This document shows positions 11,210 through 18,439 of a stretch of DNA of 64,000 nucleotides, one piece after another (position 1 is the first letter of the stretch; each line of letters begins with the position of its first letter). The DNA lies in contig CAVXVP010000032.1 in NCBI GenBank assembly GCA_963765245.1, positions 1,899-65,898 of the forward strand, given 5' to 3'. The position numbers and the translations under genes were made by a program. This DNA is from an uncultured Chloroflexia bacterium (GTDB taxonomy: Bacteria > Chloroflexota > Limnocylindria > Limnocylindrales > CSP1-4). The notes under the pieces were generated by a model. The model searched no databases. It saw only the letters and a program-made list of their open reading frames with translations, and was not told the DNA's origin.

Positions 11210-11801
11210 GCCTCGGCCTCCATCGCCTTCTCGAGCGCTGCCGCGGGCAGCATGCAGCCGCGACTTGGCCGTTCCGACCGGGATCCCGAGCGACCGTGCG
11301 ATCTCGGCGACCGGCCGCTCCTCGACGTGGTGGAGGACGAGGATCATCCGGTCCTTCGGCCGCAGGCGGTCGAAGGCGCGCCCGATCGCGTCGTTGTCGA
11401 CGAACTCGTCCATCGCGGTCCGGGCGCGGAGGTCCTGCGGCGGTTCTGGTTGCGGAGTGTCGTCATCCGGGATAGGTCGGCGCGACCGACACCTCGCGGA
11501 GCCGGCCACGGTGGCGACGCGCCATCAACGCGGCGTTCGCGACGATGCGGTTGAGCCAGCCGTCGAAGGCCGCGGGATCGCGAAGGCGGGGAAGCTGCGC
11601 CACGCCGACGACGAGCGCGTCCTGCGTCGCGTCGGCCGCGTCGGCATCGTTGGACAGGATCGACCAGGCGAGACGGTAGCAGCGATCGATCCGGGTATCG
11701 ACGAGCACCTCGAACGCCGCTGCGTCGCCGGTCCGGGCACGCCGAACGAGCGCGTCGTCGGCCGACGTCGCCGAACTCGCCGCTGTCGTCAGCGCATCCA
11801 C
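11206..11801 (-). CDS. ECF-type RNA polymerase sigma-70 family factor (two frame breaks, near 11470 and 11250)
   Basis: Region 2: ALVRRARTGDAAAFEVLVDTRIDRCYRLAWSILSNDADAADATQDALV...LRDPAAFDGWLNRIVANAALMARR. Region 4 is in another frame: AFDRLRPKDRMILVLHHVEERPVAEIARSLGIPVGTAKSRLHAAR. The tail ALEKAMEAEA-stop is in a third frame. The GTG 11801 start is tentative. Confidence 0.7.
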
Positions 11802-12089
11802 GTCACCCTCGGATCGCCGATCGTCCCATTCAAGCCGGGGAGGTAGCCCCTCGGCAAGTCTGTCGGTTATCCAGATGCCGCGGCGAGGGCATTGGTTCGA
11901 TTCCTCCGCGTGCGCCGCCAATAGGGCGATGTACCTATTGCCGCACGGACCCGCCCCACGCCACGATTCACCACGGTCGGGCACGACCTGACGGGGAGCG
12001 GCACGCGAACCTGCACGCGCGCTCGGCGCGGGCCGCTCCCCGACACTCCTCCGGACGGAGCCTCCGTCCGCCGCCCGCCCCGTTCCCAC

Positions 12090-12098
12090 TGCTAGAAT
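12090..12098 (+). promoter_or_regulatory. candidate extended -10 promoter element (TGCTAGAAT) upstream of nuoA
   Basis: TGnTAGAAT lies about 104 nt upstream of the nuoA TTG start, in an otherwise very GC-rich intergenic region. No convincing -35 element is present. Confidence 0.3.
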
Positions 12099-12201
12099 GC
12101 CCACAGGGCCAGACGCCCGTTCCGGGTGCGTCTGCGCGCTCAACGGAGGATCCTCGGGCAAGCGGCGCCGGCCCGTGGCGCGTCGCTCGAAGGGAGTTCG
12201 A

Positions 12202-12558
12202 TTGACCGGCATCTGGTACGTCGTGGGGTTCGCCTTCGCCGGCGTGTCGTTCGTGTTCCTGACGATCGGCGCCGCGTGGCTGGTCTCGCACCGGAACCGC
12301 GGTGACGAGCACAAGGGCCTGCCCTACGAATCGGGGATCGACACGTTCGGCGACACCCACGGCCGGTTCGGACTGTCGTTCTACGTGTACGCCCTGCTGT
12401 TCGTCGCGTTCGACATCGAGGTGGTGTTCATCTACCTCTGGGCGATCGCCTTCGACAGCCTGCTGCTCGGCGGCCTGGTCAGCATGTTGATCTTCGTCGC
12501 GATCCTGCTCCTCGGCCTTGCCTACGCCTGGCGGAAGGGGGCCCTGACATGGCGGTGA
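12202..12558 (+). CDS. nuoA: NADH-quinone oxidoreductase subunit A
   Basis: TTG 12202 is preceded by GAAGGGAG. The 118-aa product has three TM segments and the motif [42 protein letters not shown]. Confidence 0.85.
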   Translation: MTGIWYVVGFAFAGVSFVFLTIGAAWLVSHRNRGDEHKGLPYESGIDTFGDTHGRFGLSFYVYALLFVAFDIEVVFIYLWAIAFDSLLLGGLVSMLIFVAILLLGLAYAWRKGALTWR

Positions 12559-13286
12559 AGTCCACCACACGAGAGCCCGGCAAGGGCGGCGGCCGCGCGA
12601 CGACCTCGAGCATCCTGCCCGCCGTGACGGATGAGTCGACCGACCTGATCGTCCCGATCGTCGTCCCGAACATGCTCTGGAACGCGGCGGATCCGGAGGC
12701 CTACGACGGCGGCCGACCGACCGACATCGACCACCTCCGCGAGTTCGAGAACAGCGAGCTGATGCGCCGCGACGATGCGCGCTGGGGTGGCGTCCTCGAG
12801 GTCATCCCGACCCGCGCCGACTACGTCCTCGACCTGATCCGGATGAACAGCCTGTGGCCGCTCCTGTCCGGCCTCGCCTGCTGCGCCATCGAGATGATGT
12901 CAGCGGCGACATCGAAGAACGACATGGACCGCTTCGGCATGTTCCCGTTCCGCGCCAGCCCGCGCCAGGCCGACGTGCTCATCGTCGCCGGCACGCTGAC
13001 GACCAAGATGGCCGGCCCGCTGGTCCGCCTCTGGGAGCAGATGCCCGAGCCCAAGTGGTGCGTCGCGATGGGCGACTGCACCTGCTCGGGCGGCCGCTAC
13101 AAGCGCAGCTACTCGACGGTCGAGGGGATCGACCGGGTCATGCCGGTCGACGTCTACGTGCCCGGCTGCCCGCCCCGCCCCGAGGGCCTCATCTACGGGA
13201 TGATGAAGCTCCAGCAGCTGATCAAGGACCGGCGCGGCCACTGGCCCGAGCGGGCGATCGGCCCGACCGTGCCCGAGGACGTCTAG
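12549..13286 (+). CDS. nuoB: NADH-quinone oxidoreductase subunit B (with an N-terminal extension of roughly 90 aa)
   Basis: [17 protein letters not shown]...[31 protein letters not shown]...[15 protein letters not shown]...[13 protein letters not shown]. Intact ORF. Confidence 0.9.
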   Translation: MAVKSTTREPGKGGGRATTSSILPAVTDESTDLIVPIVVPNMLWNAADPEAYDGGRPTDIDHLREFENSELMRRDDARWGGVLEVIPTRADYVLDLIRMNSLWPLLSGLACCAIEMMSAATSKNDMDRFGMFPFRASPRQADVLIVAGTLTTKMAGPLVRLWEQMPEPKWCVAMGDCTCSGGRYKRSYSTVEGIDRVMPVDVYVPGCPPRPEGLIYGMMKLQQLIKDRRGHWPERAIGPTVPEDV

Positions 13287-13288
13287 GC

Positions 13289-13837
13289 GTGGATCGCCAT
13301 TTCAAGGCGCGCCTCGAGGCCCGCTTCGCCGCGCAGCTGACCGGCCCGATCCGGCAGCGCCACGACGAGACCGAGATGCGGATCGCGCCCGGCGACGTGG
13401 TCCCGGTCATCACCGCGCTCCACGACGAGCCCGATCTCAACTTCCAGTTCCTGAGCGACCTTGCCGGCGTCGACACGGGCGTGGTCATGCAGGTCGTCTA
13501 CCACCTCTGGAGCGAGACGACACCGGACTGGCTGCGGGTCACCGCCGACGGCCTGTCACGCGACGACCCGCGCGTCCCCTCGGTCACCTTCCTGTGGAAG
13601 GGCGCGGAGTGGATGGAGCGCGAGGCCTACGACATGTTCGGGATCACCTTCGAGGGCAACCGCGACCTGCGCCGCATCTACATGCCGCCCGACTACCAGT
13701 CCTTCCCGCTGCGCAAGGACTTCTACCTGGCCGACGATGCCGCCCGCTCGCCCGGTGGCGGCGTCCGGCCGATGGAACGCACCGCATCCCCGACCAACGC
13801 CCCGGCGACGGCGCTCGTGCGCCGGTCGCCGGACTGA
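13289..13837 (+). CDS. nuoC: NADH-quinone oxidoreductase subunit C
   Basis: GTG start at 13289. LHDEPDLNFQFLSDLAGVD...VVYHLWS...TFLWKGAEWMEREAYDMFGITFEGNRDLRRIYMPPDYQSFPLRKDF. Confidence 0.8.
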   Translation: MDRHFKARLEARFAAQLTGPIRQRHDETEMRIAPGDVVPVITALHDEPDLNFQFLSDLAGVDTGVVMQVVYHLWSETTPDWLRVTADGLSRDDPRVPSVTFLWKGAEWMEREAYDMFGITFEGNRDLRRIYMPPDYQSFPLRKDFYLADDAARSPGGGVRPMERTASPTNAPATALVRRSPD

Positions 13838-13930
13838 CCGGAGCAACCGCTCGATGCCTGTCATCCCGCCCACCAGTCCACCGACGATCCCCGGGTCACG
13901 CTCGATCGCGAGCTGGGCGTCTTCGAGCCC

Positions 13931-15073
13931 GTGCCCGCGTACCCGCCGCGGACCGAGCGCGAGGCCGAGTTCTACACGCTCGGCGACGGCGAGATGTTCG
14001 TCAACATGGGGCCGCAGCACCCCTCGACCCACGGCGTCCTGCGGGTCGTCCTCAAGCTCGACGGCGAGAAGGTCGTCGACCTCGACCCGGTGCTCGGCTA
14101 TCTCCATCGCGGCGTCGAGAAGCTGTGCGAGAACGCCGACTACCACCAGGCGATCTGCTACACCGACCCGCTGGAGTACGTCAGCTCGCTGTTCAACGAG
14201 TGGGCGCCGGTGCTCGCCTTCGAGAAGCTGCTGGACGTCGAGGTGCCGCGGCGCGCCGAGTACATCCGGGTCCTCTCGTTGGAGCTGAACCGGGTCTCCA
14301 GCCACGCCCTCTTCATCGGCTGGATGGCGCTCGACCTGGGCGGCCTGACGCCGATCCTGTGGTCGTTCATCGAGCGTGACGAGATCGTCGACATGCTCGC
14401 GGCGCTGACCGGCCAGCGGATGCTCTTCAACTACTTCCGGATCGGTGGCGTCAACGGCGACCTGAACCACGAGTTCATGAGCCGCCTGGGCGACTGGATG
14501 TCGAAGGCGACCGAGCAGATCGAGTCGGGCAACGCCCTCCTCAACGAGAACGAGATCTTCGTCCGGCGGATGCGCGGCCTGGGGACGATCGACACCGCGA
14601 CCGCCCTGCGGATGGTGATGACCGGCCCGAACCTGCGCGCGACCGGCGTGCCGTTCGACATCCGCCGGGCGCATCCGTACAGCGTCTTCCCCGAGCTCGA
14701 GTTCGACATCCCGACCCGGACCGAGGGCGACTGCCTCGCCCGCTACCTGCTGCGCATCGACGAGATCAAGCAGAGCCTGCGGATCATCGACCAGTGCCTC
14801 CACAAGATGCCCGACGGTCCGGTGCTGGCCAAGCTGCCGCGGCTGCTGCGACCGCGCCCGGGCCGGGCCTACGCCGCGGTCGAGGGCCCGCGCGGCCAGT
14901 ACTCGATCTACGCCATCAGCGACGGCACCGACCAGCCGTTCCGGATGCGGATCCACGACCCGTCGTTCATCCACCTCCAGTCGGTCGGCCTGCTGATGCC
15001 GGGCCACCTGATCGCCGACACGATGGCGATCATGGCCAGCCTCGACCCGATCATGGGCGGCGTCGACAAGTGA
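13931..15073 (+). CDS. nuoD: NADH-quinone oxidoreductase subunit D
   Basis: Intact 380-aa ORF. MFVNMGPQHPSTHGVLRVVLKLDGE...LGYLHRGVEKL...RIGGV...EGPRGQYSIYAISDG...PFRMRIHDPSF. The start (GTG 13931) could be further upstream. Confidence 0.9.
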   Translation: MPAYPPRTEREAEFYTLGDGEMFVNMGPQHPSTHGVLRVVLKLDGEKVVDLDPVLGYLHRGVEKLCENADYHQAICYTDPLEYVSSLFNEWAPVLAFEKLLDVEVPRRAEYIRVLSLELNRVSSHALFIGWMALDLGGLTPILWSFIERDEIVDMLAALTGQRMLFNYFRIGGVNGDLNHEFMSRLGDWMSKATEQIESGNALLNENEIFVRRMRGLGTIDTATALRMVMTGPNLRATGVPFDIRRAHPYSVFPELEFDIPTRTEGDCLARYLLRIDEIKQSLRIIDQCLHKMPDGPVLAKLPRLLRPRPGRAYAAVEGPRGQYSIYAISDGTDQPFRMRIHDPSFIHLQSVGLLMPGHLIADTMAIMASLDPIMGGVDK

Positions 15074-16420
15074 CCGTCGTCGGGAAGAGCTGGAACCGGC
15101 TGACCCTCCCTGGGAAGGTCATCTTCACGGTCGTGCCGCTGCTGGTCGTGGTGACGGTCGTGGCCGTCGCGGCGATCGTGCTGCTCGGTCCGGCGATCGT
15201 CGACATCCTCGCCGCGAACCTGCCGATCCTGCGGTTCGTGATCGCGGTCACGGTCGTGCTCCTGATGACCGTCCCGACCGCCTTCCTGATCATCTACATG
15301 GAGATGAAGATCATCGCCCTGATGAACCTGCGGATCGGGCCCGACCGGGTCGGTCCGTGCGGCTCGCTGCAGTCGGTCGTCCACGGCCTCAAGGTCCTCA
15401 TGAAGGAGGACTTCACCCCGACCGGCGCCGACCCGATCGTCTTCACCTGGGCGCCGGTCGTACCTACCTGGCCAGCGTCATGACCCTGCTGGTCATCCCG
15501 TTCGCGCCCGGGCATCTTCGGCCAGGACCTCAACATCGGGCTGCTCTACTTCTTCGCGATCGGCGGCCTGTCGGTCGTCGGGCTGCTGATGGCCGGCTGG
15601 TCGAGCTACAACAAGTACTCGCTCCTCGGCGGCCTGCGCGCCGCGGCCCAGGTCATCAGCTACGAGATCCCGCTGACGCTGTCGGTCGTCGGGCTGATCC
15701 TGCTGGCCGGGCACGATGAGCCTCAACCAGATCGTGCTCAACCAGAGCGGCTGGTTCACCAACTGGTACGTCTTCCGGCAGCCGCTGGCGGTCCTGATCT
15801 TCTTCATCGCCGCGACGGCCGAGGCGAACCGGACGCCGTTCGACCTGACCGAGGCCGACTCGGAGATCGTCGCCGGCTTCGCGACCGAGTACTCCGGGAT
15901 GCGCTTCGGGTTCTTCTTCTTCGCCGAGTACGTCAACGTGTTCATCATCTCGGCGCTGACGGTGACGCTCTTCTTCGGCGGCTGGAACGCGCCGTTCCCG
16001 TGGCCGTGGCCGGTCGACATCGCCTTCAACCCGGGCAGCCTCGGCATCGGGATGCTGCTCGGCGTGGCGATCATCCCGGTCGTCCTGACGCTCCTCTTCG
16101 CGGCGCCGATCTGGCTGGCGAGCTCGCGGATCAAGGGCTGGCAGGCGCTCATCGGCGGCTTCGTCCTCGCCAACCTGTTCATCGTCGCGGTCGTCGGCGC
16201 GTGGGCCTACATCGGGCTCGACTGGGTCGCCGGGCTGCTCTGGTTCCTGCTCAAGACGTACACGTTCGTGTTCATCTTCGTGTGGATGCGCGGCACGCTG
16301 CCCCGCGTGCGCATCGACCAGCTGATGGACTTCGCCTGGAAGTGGATGCTGCCCGCGTCGCTGCTCAACCTGTTCCTGACCGCCGCCGCCATCGTCGTCG
16401 TCAAGACCGTGAGGCCCTGA
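15070..16420 (+). CDS. nuoH: NADH-quinone oxidoreductase subunit H (three frame breaks near 15462, 15510, 15710)
   Basis: GTG 15070 overlaps the nuoD stop. [26 protein letters not shown]...[16 protein letters not shown]..., then [17 protein letters not shown], then [31 protein letters not shown], then [46 protein letters not shown]...[25 protein letters not shown]. Two of the breaks are an extra G in a ccGGGc context. Confidence 0.85.
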
Positions 16421-17101
16421 TGAGCCTCGTCCCGGGCCTGGGCATCGTCAAGGGGATGGGGCTGACCCTCCGCCGCTTCTTCGAGCCCAAGGTCACCATC
16501 AAGTACCCGGAGGAGAAGCGCCCCGCTCCCGCACAAGTTCCGCGGCCGGCTCCAGCTGCTCTACGACGAGTGGGGCACGATCAAGTGCGAGACCTGCTTC
16601 CAGTGCGCCCAGGCCTGCCCGATCGAGTGCATCGACATGGGCGGCATCGACACGCGCGGCCGCTACCACGTCCACTGGGGCGCGCCCGAGACGTACGGCG
16701 AGCGCCGCGAGGAATCGGCGCTGCGGCGGTCCGGCCGTCCGGTCCCGGACCCCGCGTACGTGCCGTTCGCCGCGGTCGACCTGCGCGAGCTCGACAGGAT
16801 CCTCGACGACTTCGACCACGACCCGGCGGAGATGCTGCCGATCCTCGAGGCGACCCAGACCGCCTATGGCTACCTGCCGGTCGCGGCCCTCAAGCGGATC
16901 AGCCAGCGGACCGGCGCCTGGTACGCGTCGATCTATGGCACGGCCACGTTCTACAGCCACCTCCGGTTCGAGCCGCCCGCCTTGCGCGAGCAGGCCGCCG
17001 CCGTCGACAGCCATCGGCCGCCCGAGGCGACCTACCTGACCGCCCTCGACGCATCGCTGGCGGGCGCGCGCAAGCCGGCCCGCAGGCAGGCGCAGGCGTG
17101 A
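16420..17101 (+). CDS. NuoI-like N-terminal half (one CxxCxxCxxxCP motif) fused to a cysteine-free NuoE-like helical domain (one frame break near 16520)
   Basis: ATG 16420 overlaps the nuoH stop. [61 protein letters not shown] is NuoI-like. It then continues as [53 protein letters not shown], which is NuoE N-domain-like. No second ferredoxin motif is present and the last 154 aa contain no Cys at all. Confidence 0.6.
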
Positions 17102-17105
17102 CCCG

Positions 17106-18431
17106 ATGGTGAACCGCCTCAAGACACCCAAGGGCTGGCCGGCGATCCTGCTCGAGCGGGCCGGCGCCGCGGATCCGACCGACCTCGACGCGGCGGTGCG
17201 GGCCGGCGCGTTCGACGGCCTGCGACGCGTCGTCCGCAACTACGGGGCGACCGCGACGATCGCCACGATCGCGTCGTCCGGGTTGCGCGGCCGGGGCGGT
17301 GCCGGCTTCCCGGCCGCGGCCAAGTGGCGGCTGGCGGCCGGAACGCAGGCGCCGCGCCGCTACGTCGTGGTCAACGGCTACGGCGCGGACCCGGCGACCC
17401 GCACGGACGAATTCCTCCTCGAGAGCGACCCGTTCGCTGTCATCGAGGGCGCGGCGATCGCCGCGTTCGCCATCGGCGCGGGCGAGGTCATCATCGCGGT
17501 CCGCTCGGATGCCACGACCGCGATCGCGCGCCTCGGGTCGGCCATCGGCTCCGCCACCGAGGCGGGCTTCATCGGCTTCGACATCCTCGGCTCGGCGATG
17601 GACATCACGGTCACGGTCCGGCCGGTCCAGGGCGCCTACATGCTCGGCGAGGAGACCGTCCTGCTCAAGGCCCTCGCGGGCAAGCGCGGCCAGCCCGAGC
17701 AGCGGCCGCCGCACCCGGCCGAGAGCGGCCTGGACGGCATGCCGACCCTCGTCCACAACGTCCAGACCCTCGCCGCCGTCCCGTGGATCATCCGCAACGG
17801 CGCCGCGGCCTTCGCCCAGATCGGCAGCCCGGACAGCCCGGGCACGATCCTGGTCCAGGTCCGGACGCCCTCCGGCGACGGCATCGCGGAGGTCCCGCTC
17901 GGGACGCCGCTGCGCGAGGTCATCGGGCTTGGCGGGCGATTGCCTGCCAGCCGCTCGATCAAGGCCGTCCTGGTCGGCGGCCCGTCCGGTGGCCTGTTGC
18001 CGCCCGAGATGCTCGACACGCCGTACGACTTCGACGCGTTGCGTGCCGCGGGCGCGCACATCGGCTCGGGCTCGGTGGTCGTCGCCGACGATCGCGCCTG
18101 CGTCGTCGATCTCGCGCGGCTGCTGACCCGGTTCTGCGCCGGCGAGGCATGCGGCAAGACGATCCCGTGCCGGATCGGGACGCGCCGGCTGGTCGAGATC
18201 GCCGATCGCGTCGTCGAGGGCCGGCCAAGACCGACAGACATGACGCTGCTCGAGGACCTGTCGGCCGATATCGTGGCGTCCGCCCTGTGCGACCACGAGC
18301 GGCTGACGACCCTCCCGCTGTCCAGCGGGATGCGATACTTCCGGTCCGAGCTGGACGAGCACATCCTGCACAGTGCCTGCCCTGCCGGTGTCTGCCATCC
18401 GATCGCGGTGGCGGCCGGTGCGACCCGATAA
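17106..18431 (+). CDS. nuoF: NuoF-like NADH dehydrogenase flavoprotein subunit (divergent)
   Basis: Intact 441-aa [72 protein letters not shown], and a cluster region [12 protein letters not shown]...ALCDHE. Confidence 0.8.
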   Translation: MVNRLKTPKGWPAILLERAGAADPTDLDAAVRAGAFDGLRRVVRNYGATATIATIASSGLRGRGGAGFPAAAKWRLAAGTQAPRRYVVVNGYGADPATRTDEFLLESDPFAVIEGAAIAAFAIGAGEVIIAVRSDATTAIARLGSAIGSATEAGFIGFDILGSAMDITVTVRPVQGAYMLGEETVLLKALAGKRGQPEQRPPHPAESGLDGMPTLVHNVQTLAAVPWIIRNGAAAFAQIGSPDSPGTILVQVRTPSGDGIAEVPLGTPLREVIGLGGRLPASRSIKAVLVGGPSGGLLPPEMLDTPYDFDALRAAGAHIGSGSVVVADDRACVVDLARLLTRFCAGEACGKTIPCRIGTRRLVEIADRVVEGRPRPTDMTLLEDLSADIVASALCDHERLTTLPLSSGMRYFRSELDEHILHSACPAGVCHPIAVAAGATR

Positions 18432-18439
18432 GGCGACCC

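Noticed and set aside
11845-11920. A full tRNA gene upstream of nuoA
   Set aside because: Only a T-loop/acceptor/CCA-like 3' portion is visible. I could not pair a 5' acceptor strand, a D-arm or an anticodon arm. It is kept only as a low-interest fragment observation.
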